32,000 nt of DNA from assembly GCF_000014785.1 (NCBI RefSeq), contig NC_008340.1:150001-182000 (forward strand), in the 5' to 3' direction. Position 1 is the stretch's first letter; each line of letters begins with the position of its first letter. Shown one piece after another: positions 1 through 8,525 of the stretch. The notes under the pieces are model-generated. The model was not told the origin of the DNA and did no database searches. It saw only the letters and a program-made list of their open reading frames with translations. The DNA is from Alkalilimnicola ehrlichii MLHE-1. GTDB lineage: Bacteria > Pseudomonadota > Gammaproteobacteria > Nitrococcales > Halorhodospiraceae. The translations under genes were made by a program, and so were the position numbers.

Positions 1-548
1 GAGGTGAAGAACAGATAGGCCAGGTCGTCGGGTTGCACCGATGCCGGGCGCCAGTCAGACGGCGCACCCAACTCCGCGCGCGTCAGGAAACGGTGCTGCG
101 GGAAGCGCGCCTGCAGTGCCTGGGCCGATTCGGCAAGGGGCAGCACCACGACCATGGGGACATCCATTCCAGGTAGCAAGTCGCTGAGCAGGGCCTCACC
201 CTGCCCATCCGCCACCAGGGCCTGCAGGCCGGCCTGTTCAACCATCTGTTGGGTGCGTTCCTGCGGGAAGCCAGGGTTCAGCGGCACCACCGCCTTCCCC
301 GCCATGAGCGTGCCGAGCAGGCCGCTGTAGACGGGCAGAGAGCGATTGGCCAGTACCCCGACCAACGGCGCCGTGGTCTCCGGCATGGCGCTTTGCAGGG
401 CAGCACCGACCGCTGCGGCTTGGTGGTAGAGGTCGCTGTAGCTGTACTGCGCCCCTTGTACCTCTAGCGCGGGGCGACCGGAGTGGCGGTCGACGGATTG
501 CAAGAAACCCTGGTGGAGACCGTAGATGCCGTCGAACCCTGTTGCCAT
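1..548 (-). CDS. AMP-dependent acyl ligase, exosortase A-associated type (N-terminal part only; runs off the window's left edge)
   Basis: Manual minus-strand translation from ATG at 548: MATGFDGIYGLHQGFLQSVDRHSGRPALEVQGAQYSYSDLYHQAAAV... ending ...SDWRPASVQPDDLAYLFFTS, the start of the AMP-binding 'Y(I/L)xxTSG' motif. Ribosome-binding-like AGGAGCG upstream. Not in the supplied ORF track because it is open at the edge. Confidence 0.85.
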   Translation of the reverse strand, partial: MATGFDGIYGLHQGFLQSVDRHSGRPALEVQGAQYSYSDLYHQAAAVGAALQSAMPETTAPLVGVLANRSLPVYSGLLGTLMAGKAVVPLNPGFPQERTQQMVEQAGLQALVADGQGEALLSDLLPGMDVPMVVVLPLAESAQALQARFPQHRFLTRAELGAPSDWRPASVQPDDLAYLFFT

Positions 549-705
549 CTTCTGTCGCGCTCCTTTGTCGGTGACACGGGCACTGTTGTCACTGTGTTGC
601 CTGCCGCTAACGGCCAATATGGTTTGCAGGCGGATCTACTGCTCAGATTAGCAGTCAGGGGTGAGACTTCAGGGGTGGCGGCGCTCCGCCGGGCGGGCCT
701 GGCGC

Positions 706-2499
706 TTAACGCCCCTTGAAGAGACCCATGGCCAGGCTCATCCCGGCGTAGCGCCAACTGCCCAGGTGGCGGGGGTGGTGGCGCAGCGCCTCCAGGAAGG
801 ACCGGCTGGCCCTGCGGGGGTTACCGCTCCAGTAGTGGTGATAGCCAAAGTCAAAGCAGGTGCCGGCCAGGCGTCGCTCGACGGCCTTGCGGTCGGAGCG
901 TTCACCGGTGGGTCCCTCCAGCCCCCAGCGGGCCAACGCCTTTTCCACCACCAGCTTTTCGTAGTTGATGTCCGGCCATTGGGTGATGCAGCCGCTGCCG
1001 TGCAATCGGTACAGCGCGAACACCCGGTCCAGCTGGTGGATCTCGGTGTGGCGGGAGGCCCGCAGCCAGTAGTCGTAATCCTGACCCCGTTTCAGTTCGG
1101 GATCGAACCGGCCGACCTGCTCGATCAGCTCACGGCGGGCCATGACCGTGATGGTGTGCAGTAGCGAGCCAAAGAGCAGCCGGTTGTAGAGCCAGCCGGA
1201 GCCTTCGGTCAGCAGCGGGATCTCTTCCGGAGGTACCCCGGTATCAGGTGTTGCCGGTGCCAGGGCTTCGGGTGGGGGGAAGGCCTTGGACTGCTTGTCC
1301 CGTTTCCAGGGCAGCCAGTCCGAGTAGATCATGCCCACATCCGGGTGCGCCTCCAGGTACCCCACCTGCGCCGTCAGCTTGCCCGGCAGCCACACGTCGT
1401 CGGAATCCAGAAAGGCGATGTACTCCCCCTGGGCGGCATCCAGGCCCTGGTTCCGGGCCACCGCCGAGCCCTGGTTGGCCTGGGTCAACAGCCGTACCCG
1501 GTCACCGTAGGCTTGCACCCGGGCCACCGTGTCGTCACTGGAGCCATCGTCGATGACAATTAGCTCCTTGTGCGGGTAGTCCTGGGCCAGGACGCTGTCG
1601 ATGGCCTCCTCGATGTAACTGGCGGCGTTGAACGCCGGCATGATCACCGAAACCAGGGGCTGGGCGCTTGCATCGGCCGCTTGCGCTGCTGCCGCCGGGC
1701 CGCGCTGGAGGCAACCCAGCGTCCGTTGCCACAGCGCAGGTACCGTGCGGATCTCCTGGGTGGACCAGAAGGGTTCGCCGGGCACCACTGCGGCCTGCAC
1801 CGCGATACCGGCCTCCTGCCAGTCGTCCACCAGCCGCTGACTGGCAGGAGGCAGCTGCGGGGCATCCCCCTGCATCACTTCCACCCAGTGCACCTCGACG
1901 CCATCGGGCGGTTGCTGCAAACGGGCCTGCTCCAGCGCCTGGGCCAGGGCCGGTGCCAGTGGGTAGCCGGCGATCTCCAGGGTCTCGCCGCCGGCCAGGC
2001 GCTCACGCAATGCCGCGGTGGTCTCCTTTCCGCCGCTCATCATCCCGGCGGCCACGCGCAGACGCAGGAACTGGGTCAGGAAGAGCTTGCCGTTGCCGAC
2101 CGGTTGCCAGTAGAGCAGTGAGCGGGGTGGGGTCTCCAGGCGGTGGGCCAGGGCGCTGGCCAGCAGGCAGCCGCTGCGCAGCCCCCACAGGTGCAGCGGG
2201 GCCGGAAAACGGGCGCATAGCGTCTCCGCGCACCGCTGCAGGTCGTCCAGCCAGGCCTCCCAGCGGGCATCCTGCAACTCACCGGCGCTGTCGCCGCAGC
2301 CATACAGGTCGGGCAGCAGCACGGCGTAGCCGGCAGCCGCCAGCCTGCGCGCCTGCTCCGCCACCATGCGGCGGGATTTGTTCAGCTCCTCCGCAAACGG
2401 CGGAGCATAGAGCACGCAACCCTTGGGGGGCTCCGCCTCCGGTGGGTGAAGGATATGGAAGAGTGGCCCTTGGGGCCCTTCTAGAAATCCGGCTTCCAT
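706..2499 (-). CDS. Fusion protein: exosortase A-associated 'hydrolase 2'-like alpha/beta-fold domain (N-terminal) plus family 2 glycosyltransferase (C-terminal)
   Basis: Single open frame. N-terminal part from MEAGFLEGPQGPLFHILHPP...CVLYAPPFAEELNKSRRMVAEQARRLAAAGYAVLLPDLYGCGDS. C-terminal part PLVSVIMPAFNAASYIEEAIDSVLAQDYPHKELIVIDDGSSDDT...FLDSDDVW is typical GT2/GT-A. Start at 2499 preferred over the track's 2715, which would overlap the ACP gene. Confidence 0.85.
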   Translation of the reverse strand: MEAGFLEGPQGPLFHILHPPEAEPPKGCVLYAPPFAEELNKSRRMVAEQARRLAAAGYAVLLPDLYGCGDSAGELQDARWEAWLDDLQRCAETLCARFPAPLHLWGLRSGCLLASALAHRLETPPRSLLYWQPVGNGKLFLTQFLRLRVAAGMMSGGKETTAALRERLAGGETLEIAGYPLAPALAQALEQARLQQPPDGVEVHWVEVMQGDAPQLPPASQRLVDDWQEAGIAVQAAVVPGEPFWSTQEIRTVPALWQRTLGCLQRGPAAAAQAADASAQPLVSVIMPAFNAASYIEEAIDSVLAQDYPHKELIVIDDGSSDDTVARVQAYGDRVRLLTQANQGSAVARNQGLDAAQGEYIAFLDSDDVWLPGKLTAQVGYLEAHPDVGMIYSDWLPWKRDKQSKAFPPPEALAPATPDTGVPPEEIPLLTEGSGWLYNRLLFGSLLHTITVMARRELIEQVGRFDPELKRGQDYDYWLRASRHTEIHQLDRVFALYRLHGSGCITQWPDINYEKLVVEKALARWGLEGPTGERSDRKAVERRLAGTCFDFGYHHYWSGNPRRASRSFLEALRHHPRHLGSWRYAGMSLAMGLFKGR

Positions 2500-2512
2500 A
2501 CGGGGGATGGGC

Positions 2513-2767
2513 TCAGGCCTCTTCCAGCTTCGATTCCACGAAGTCGCAGAGGCTGCCCACGGTCTCGAAGGTCTCGGCACTGACGTCGTCGTCCTCGACC
2601 ATGATGCCAAAGCGCTGTTCCAGCTCGGTGATGACGGATACCACCGCCATCGAGTCCAGCTCCGGAAGGTCCCCCAACAGCACGGTGTCGCGGTCGAACG
2701 AGCGGGCGCGGCCATTGAGGCTCAGCGCGCTGTCCAGGATCTCCCTGACCTGGTCTAGACTTGACAT
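2513..2767 (-). CDS. Acyl carrier protein (phosphopantetheine attachment-site protein)
   Basis: MSSLDQVREILDSALSLNGRARSFDRDTVLLGDLPELDSMAVVSVITELEQRFGIMVEDDDVSAETFETVGSLCDFVESKL; acidic helical protein with a D-S-M attachment motif. GGAGGT upstream of ATG at 2767. Confidence 0.85.
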   Translation of the reverse strand: MSSLDQVREILDSALSLNGRARSFDRDTVLLGDLPELDSMAVVSVITELEQRFGIMVEDDDVSAETFETVGSLCDFVESKLEEA

Positions 2768-2838
2768 GAAAGCATTACCTCCAACGTGGGTGAAACACAT
2801 CGAAGTGTAGCACCTGACCTATAGGAAAGGATGGTCAA

Positions 2839-4695
2839 ATGGCGGGATTGTGTGGCTGGTTTAGCACGGGCGGCGGGCAGGATGGGCGGGACATTCGGTC
2901 ACGGGCCGATACGCTGGCGGCCCGTCGGGGCGCCGGAATGGACAGCCGGAGCAACCCGCGCGCGGCCTGTCTGGTGCGGGACGGCTGGCTGGCGGAGGAT
3001 GACCAGGGACGCATGGTGGCGCTGGTGGGCCACCCGCACTGGCGCGATGGCGAACTGGCTGAACTGGCCCGCGCGCAGGACCCCGCCCAGGCGCTGCTCG
3101 AGGCTTGGCGGCGGCATGGTCCGGGGCTGTTGGACTGCCTGGCGGGGGACTTTGCCCTCGCTGTGATCGATACCGCGCAAGGCCGGGTATTGGCGGGGGT
3201 CGACCGGATGGGCCAGCAGCCGCTGCACTATGCCCGTATTCCCGGCGGGGTGGTCTTCGGCAGCACCGCTGACAGCGTGTTGGCCCATCCGGGGCTTTCC
3301 CGTACGCCGACCCCGGAGGGGCTCTACCACTACCTCTTCTTCCACATGTTGCCGGCGCCGGTCAGCCTCTTCCCCGACCTGGCCAAGCTGCAGGGGGCCC
3401 ACTGCCTCCAGGCCGAGGGCGGCGCCGTGGAGGCCACCCCTTACTGGCAGCCACGCTTCCAGGAGCCCGACGGGGCGGATGGGGCCGAGCTGGGCGAGGA
3501 GCTGCGGGGGCTTTTGCACGAGTCGGTGCGCCGGCGGGCGGATGTGGACCGGCCGGGCGCCTTTCTCAGCGGCGGACTGGACAGCTCCACCGTCGCCGGC
3601 ATGCTCGCCGGGGTGCGCCCGGAGGGTGCGGACACCTTCAGCATCGGCTTTCACGCCGAGGGCTACGATGAGCTGCCCTACGCCCGGATTGCCGCCCGCC
3701 ACTTCGGTACCCGCTCGCACGAGTATTACGTGACCCCCGAGGATGTGGTGGAGGCCGTGCCGCTTATCGCGGCCAGCTACGACGAGCCCTTCGGCAACTC
3801 CTCCGCCCTGCCCGCCTACTTCTGCGCCCGGGTGGCCGCCGAGCAGGGCGTCACCCGCATGCTCGCCGGCGACGGCGGGGACGAGCTGTTCGCCGGTAAC
3901 GCCCGCTACGCCAAGCAGGGCGTGTTCGAGCACTGGGGCCGGCTGCCGGCGCCGGCCCGCCGGGCGCTGGAGCCGCTGTTCACCCGCCTGCCCCGTGGGC
4001 TGCCGGTGCTGGGCAAGGCGCGCAGCTACGTGGAACAGGCCCGCATCCCCCTGCCCGACCGGCTGCAGACCTATAACTACCTGCACCGGCTGGCGGTGGA
4101 GGAGATGCTCGAGCCGGACTTCCTCGGCCAGGTGGACCGGGAGGCCCCCTGGGGGCTGATGCGCAGTATCTACCAGCGCCCCCAGGGGGCCTCCGCCCTC
4201 AACCGCATGATGTACCTGGACTGGCAGCAGACCCTGGCGGACAACGACCTGCGCAAGGTCAGCCGGATGGTGCAACTGGCGGGGCTGGACGTGGTTTATC
4301 CCATGCTGGACGACGACCTGGTGGTCTTCTCCTGCCGGGTGCCCTCGGCGCTCAAACTGCACAAGGGGCGCCTGCGCCACTTCTACAAGGAGGCCCTGAG
4401 CGGTTTTCTGCCCGCTGAGATCATCGACAAGAAGAAGCACGGCTTTGGCCTACCCTTCGGGGTCTGGATGCACGAGCATCCCCCGCTGCGCGAGATGGCC
4501 TACGATAGCCTGCTGCGGCTTAAGGGGCAGGGCTTCCTGCGCCCTGCCTTCATCGACGAGCTGATCCGGCTGCACCGGGAGGGCCACTCCGCCTACTACG
4601 GCGATTTCGTTTGGATACTCATGATGCTGGACCTGTGGCTGGAAGCGCATCCGGCGGAGGGCGCGGGCCGGTTGCCTCGGGCTGCTCAGGCCTAG
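2839..4695 (+). CDS. Asparagine synthase-like amidoligase with degenerate glutaminase domain
   Basis: C-terminal synthetase PP-loop motif FLSGGLDSSTVAGM and ...AGDGGDELFAGN... intact. N-terminus MAGLCGWF aligns to MCGI(A/T)G with Ala at the catalytic Cys position. Confidence 0.88.
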   Translation: MAGLCGWFSTGGGQDGRDIRSRADTLAARRGAGMDSRSNPRAACLVRDGWLAEDDQGRMVALVGHPHWRDGELAELARAQDPAQALLEAWRRHGPGLLDCLAGDFALAVIDTAQGRVLAGVDRMGQQPLHYARIPGGVVFGSTADSVLAHPGLSRTPTPEGLYHYLFFHMLPAPVSLFPDLAKLQGAHCLQAEGGAVEATPYWQPRFQEPDGADGAELGEELRGLLHESVRRRADVDRPGAFLSGGLDSSTVAGMLAGVRPEGADTFSIGFHAEGYDELPYARIAARHFGTRSHEYYVTPEDVVEAVPLIAASYDEPFGNSSALPAYFCARVAAEQGVTRMLAGDGGDELFAGNARYAKQGVFEHWGRLPAPARRALEPLFTRLPRGLPVLGKARSYVEQARIPLPDRLQTYNYLHRLAVEEMLEPDFLGQVDREAPWGLMRSIYQRPQGASALNRMMYLDWQQTLADNDLRKVSRMVQLAGLDVVYPMLDDDLVVFSCRVPSALKLHKGRLRHFYKEALSGFLPAEIIDKKKHGFGLPFGVWMHEHPPLREMAYDSLLRLKGQGFLRPAFIDELIRLHREGHSAYYGDFVWILMMLDLWLEAHPAEGAGRLPRAAQA

Positions 4696-6044
4696 CCGGC
4701 GTCCACCCGGCAGACCACGTGGCGGTGCTTGCCGTTGGGCTCCGGCGGCACGGCGTCCACCCGGCGCAGGGTGATGCCCACCTCCGGGCCCAGGGCATCG
4801 GCGAAGGCCATCCGCAGTCGCTGCTCGAACCCCTCGTCGGGGGGCGGGTCGGCGCTCAGCAGCACCTCCACGGCGTCGCGCCGGTGCTGGACGATCTTGT
4901 AGGCGCGCAGCCCGTCCAGTTCCCGCAGCAGGTAGTTGAAGCGGCTGCCGTGCACCCAGGCCCCGTTCCAGGCCAGCAGGCCGTCGTTGGCCCGGCCCTC
5001 CAGGCGGCTGAGCCGGGGCAGCCCGCGGCCGCAGGGGCAGGGCGTGGTATCTAAAGCGCCGCGGTCGCCCGTGCGGTAGCGGAGGAAGGGGAACTCGGGC
5101 CCGGCCAGGGTGGTGACCACCAGGTGACCGGCCTCGCCGGGCGGGACCGGTTGGTCCGCGTCGTCCAGCACCTCGACGATCAGGTACTCGGCGCTGACGT
5201 GCAGCCCCCCCGCCGGGCACTCCCGGGCGATGAAGCCCGCATCCCGCGCGCCGTACTCGTTGGCCACGCCGCAGCCCAGCACCTCGCCGATCACCCCGCG
5301 CCACTCCGGGCGCAGCACCTCCGAGGTGGTGAAGGCCACCCGGATGCCCAGGTCATCCAGTCGCCGGCCCTGCTCCCGCGCCCGCCAGGCCACCCGCGAG
5401 AGCGCCGAGGGGTAGCCGAACAGCATGCGCGGTCGGAACCGTTGGATCTGCTCAATGACCCGGTCCAGGCCCGGCCCGTCCAGCGCCTGCGCCGGCACCA
5501 GCCGGGAGCGCATCAGTCGGTCGCGCCAGGCGCGGAGGCGGTTCTGGGCCTGGTTCTCCACGGCGGAGCCCCAGAGCACCAGCTCGCGGTCGCCGATGTC
5601 CACGTCCCACCAGCGGGTGGCGCGCCACTTGGCGGCGATATCCAGGCTGATCCGGTCCTTGCTCAGCCAAAAGGTCAGCGGCTCGCCGGAGGAGCCGCTG
5701 GTCCGCTGGCGCACCAGGCCGGTGGCGCCCTCCGCCAGCCAGTCCTGGCCCTGGGCCCGGATCAGCGCCTTGTCCGTGACCGGCAGCCGGGCCAGGTCGT
5801 CGAGGGTGCGGAACTGCTCGGGGGTCAGGCCCTGCGCCCGGAACAGGCGCCGGTAGTAGGGCACGCGCGTGGCCACGTCGTGTAACAGGGCCTGCAGCCG
5901 TTGCACCTGCAGCGCCGCCAGCCGGTCTGCCGGCCACCACTGGCTGGCCTCCAGCGCCCGCCGATGGGCGACGCTGTGGTGGCCCTTGAGCCGCTCGTGC
6001 AGGGGGAACAGGCCCCCGGCCACCAGGCGGGTCCAGGGGCTCAT
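4692..6044 (-). CDS. CapK/PaaK-like AMP-binding ligase (phenylacetate-CoA ligase family)
   Basis: RQRTSGSSGEPLTFWLSKDR (P-loop-like TSGSSGxP), RMLFGYPSAL, NEYGARDAGFIARECPAGGLHV, FPFLRYRTGDRG. Confidence 0.85.
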   Translation of the reverse strand: MSPWTRLVAGGLFPLHERLKGHHSVAHRRALEASQWWPADRLAALQVQRLQALLHDVATRVPYYRRLFRAQGLTPEQFRTLDDLARLPVTDKALIRAQGQDWLAEGATGLVRQRTSGSSGEPLTFWLSKDRISLDIAAKWRATRWWDVDIGDRELVLWGSAVENQAQNRLRAWRDRLMRSRLVPAQALDGPGLDRVIEQIQRFRPRMLFGYPSALSRVAWRAREQGRRLDDLGIRVAFTTSEVLRPEWRGVIGEVLGCGVANEYGARDAGFIARECPAGGLHVSAEYLIVEVLDDADQPVPPGEAGHLVVTTLAGPEFPFLRYRTGDRGALDTTPCPCGRGLPRLSRLEGRANDGLLAWNGAWVHGSRFNYLLRELDGLRAYKIVQHRRDAVEVLLSADPPPDEGFEQRLRMAFADALGPEVGITLRRVDAVPPEPNGKHRHVVCRVDAG

Positions 6045-7294
6045 GACTTGCCGGAGGAGGGGGTCGGGACGGTGGCGGGGGCCTTGCCGTCGTGGACGGC
6101 CTGGAAGGCGGTCACCAGCTGCGGGATCCGGGTCTGCCAGGCGTTAGCCTGGGCGTGGGCCAGGATGGCCTCGCGGTCCCAGTCGCGGCTCAGCGCCTGG
6201 TCGATGGCCTCGCGCAGGGCAGCGGCGTCGCCGTAGGGGACCAGCAGCCCCACCCGCTCCGAGGGGACCACCTCGGCATTGCCCCCCACCCGGGTGGTGA
6301 CGATGGGCAGGCCGCAGGCGCTGGCCTCCAGGAAGACGTTCGCCCAGCCCTCGAAGCGGGTGGCCAGCACGAAGAGGTCGCCGGCGGAGTAGACGTGGCG
6401 CAGCTCTTCCGGAGGGACCTGGCCCAGGAAATGCACTCGTTCGCCGAGCCCGAGATCGGTCGTCTGCCGGCGCAACTCGGCCTCGTTGTTGCCTTCGGGG
6501 CTGGCGCCGCCAGCGATGGCGAAGTGCAGGTCCGGATGGCGCCTCAGCAGGTCGGGCAGCACGGCGATCACCCGGTGAAAGCCCTTGCGCTCGGTGAGTC
6601 CGCCCACCGAGACCAGCAGTTGTCCACGGGCGGGCAGACCCAGGCATTCCCGGCTCTCCGCCCGGTCTTCCGGGTAAAATCGCTGCAGATCGACGCCGTT
6701 ACCCACCACCTGCACGTGATCCGGAGCCTGCCCCCAGGCGATGGCGTCCTGGCGCAGGGCGTCGGCCACCGAGAAGACGTGCGCGGCCTCGCTCATGGCC
6801 CGCTCGATCTGGCGCCGCTCGGCCCCCTTGCCCTTGAAGCGGGTCAGGCTGCCGCGCAGGGTGATGGTGTAGGGGCGGTTCAGCCAGCGGCCCAGCCAGC
6901 GCGCGGCCACGCCGTCCGGGTAGACGAAGTGGGCGTCGATGACATCGAAGTCGAACGACCGCTGCAGCCGGCGCATCAGGGGCAGGCTGCCCAGGGCCTG
7001 GAAGAACCCGTCGGTCCACTTGAACAGCCCGGGGATGCAAAAGAAGCGCGGATGGTGCACCCGGATGCCGTCCTGCTCCTCCACGTAGGGGACATCGGCG
7101 GGGCGGGAGTGGGGGCGCAGCCGGCCCAGCAGCCCCTGAAAGGGAAACCAGGGCACCGGCGCCACCACCTCCAGGTCCAGGTGCTCGGCCACCCGACGCA
7201 TGCGCTCGCGCACGAACAGGCCGAGGCCGGGCTGGGCCCGGTTGGGGTAGACGCGGGTGTAAACCACCAGGCGGGGGCGACGCTCAGCCGGCAC
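6041..7294 (-). CDS. Glycosyltransferase family 4
   Basis: RVYPNRAQPGLGLFVRERM..., LVSVGGLTERKGFHRVI, VHFLGQVPPEELRHVYSAGDLFVLATRFEGWANVFLEASACGLPIVTTRVGGNAEVV. Confidence 0.88.
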   Translation of the reverse strand: MPAERRPRLVVYTRVYPNRAQPGLGLFVRERMRRVAEHLDLEVVAPVPWFPFQGLLGRLRPHSRPADVPYVEEQDGIRVHHPRFFCIPGLFKWTDGFFQALGSLPLMRRLQRSFDFDVIDAHFVYPDGVAARWLGRWLNRPYTITLRGSLTRFKGKGAERRQIERAMSEAAHVFSVADALRQDAIAWGQAPDHVQVVGNGVDLQRFYPEDRAESRECLGLPARGQLLVSVGGLTERKGFHRVIAVLPDLLRRHPDLHFAIAGGASPEGNNEAELRRQTTDLGLGERVHFLGQVPPEELRHVYSAGDLFVLATRFEGWANVFLEASACGLPIVTTRVGGNAEVVPSERVGLLVPYGDAAALREAIDQALSRDWDREAILAHAQANAWQTRIPQLVTAFQAVHDGKAPATVPTPSSGKS

Positions 7295-8519
7295 GGGCGG
7301 CCTCCCCGAGCCCTGTCAGGCGGCGGTAGATGGCCTGATAGCGGGCCACGCTCGCCGGCCAGTTGCGCTCCTCCTCGACAAATCGGCGGCCATTGGCGCG
7401 CACCTGCGGCCAGTCCGCGGCGCGGGCGAGGGTGTGCAGGACGGTATCGGCCAGGGCCTTGGGGTCGCCGGCCGGGAACAGCCAGCCGGTCTCGCCATCG
7501 CGGATCAGCTCCCGGTGGCCCCCCACGTCGGAGGCCACCAGCAGCCGGCCCTGGGCCATGGCCTCCAGCGGCTTGAGCGGGGTGACCAGCTCGGTCAGGC
7601 GCATGGAATGGCGCGGGTAGACCAGCAGGTCCACCAGGTCATAGTAGCGGTTGACCTGGTCATGGGGGACCCGGCCGGTGAAGACCACCTGGTCGGCGAT
7701 GCCCAGGTCCCGGGCCTGGGCCTTGAGCGCCTCCGCCTGGCTGCCCCCGCCCACCAGCAGGATGCGGACATCGGGGGCCTGGTCGTGGATGCGTGGGAAG
7801 GCCTGCAGCAGCAGGTCCAGCCCCTCGTAGGCGTAGAAGGAACCGATGAAACCGAGCACCCGGCAGCCCTCCAGGCCCAGTTCCGCCTTCAGGGCCGGGT
7901 CGGCGGTACCGCCGAGTTGGAACCGCTCCGCGTCCACGGCGTTGGGGATGACGGTGACCCGGCCCGGGGCGATGCCGCGGGTGATGATGTCCTGGCGCAG
8001 CCCCTCGCAGATCGTTGTGACATGGTCGGCGCGTCGCAGGGCGCGGGTCTCCAGGCCGCGGGTGAGCCGGTAACGCAGCCCCTGATCGCGGCTGGTGCCA
8101 TGGTCCACCGCGGCGTCCTCCCAGAAGGCCCGCACCTCGTAGACCACCGGGATGCCCAGCCGCCGGCCCACCCGCAGGGCGGGGATGGCGTTCAGGGCCG
8201 GCGAGTGGGCGTGCAGGACGTCCGGTCGGGTCTCTGCGGCCACCTGGTGCAGGCGTCGGGTGAGCGCATCCATCAGGGTCCACTCGCCCAGTCCGGGGAC
8301 CCGCAGGGGGGTGTGGGGGGTGCGGTGGAAGTGCAACCCCTCCGCCCACTCCTCGCGGTCGGCGTCCGCGCCGGCCGCCACCCCGTGTTTCGGGCTGGTC
8401 AGGTGCACGGTCTCCCAGCCCAGCCGGTGCTGCTCGCGCAGGATGGCGGCCGTGCGGAAGGTGTAGCCGCTGTGCAGGGGCAGGGAATGGTCGAGGATGT
8501 GGAGCACTTTCATGGGCAT
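7284..8519 (-). CDS. PEP-CTERM/exosortase A-associated glycosyltransferase (TIGR04063-like)
   Basis: MKVLHILDHSLPLHSGYTFRTAAILREQHRLGWETVHLTSPKH... and C-terminal GT4 motifs (LLVYPRHSMRLTELVTPLKPLEAMAQGRLLVASDVGGHRELI). Confidence 0.88.
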   Translation of the reverse strand: MPMKVLHILDHSLPLHSGYTFRTAAILREQHRLGWETVHLTSPKHGVAAGADADREEWAEGLHFHRTPHTPLRVPGLGEWTLMDALTRRLHQVAAETRPDVLHAHSPALNAIPALRVGRRLGIPVVYEVRAFWEDAAVDHGTSRDQGLRYRLTRGLETRALRRADHVTTICEGLRQDIITRGIAPGRVTVIPNAVDAERFQLGGTADPALKAELGLEGCRVLGFIGSFYAYEGLDLLLQAFPRIHDQAPDVRILLVGGGSQAEALKAQARDLGIADQVVFTGRVPHDQVNRYYDLVDLLVYPRHSMRLTELVTPLKPLEAMAQGRLLVASDVGGHRELIRDGETGWLFPAGDPKALADTVLHTLARAADWPQVRANGRRFVEEERNWPASVARYQAIYRRLTGLGEAARAG

Positions 8520-8525
8520 GCCGCG

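Noticed and set aside
2500-2715. N-terminal extension of the hydrolase-GT ORF to 2715
   Set aside because: The 72 extra residues overlap almost the whole ACP gene in another frame and look like out-of-frame translation. Met at 2499 begins family-like sequence.
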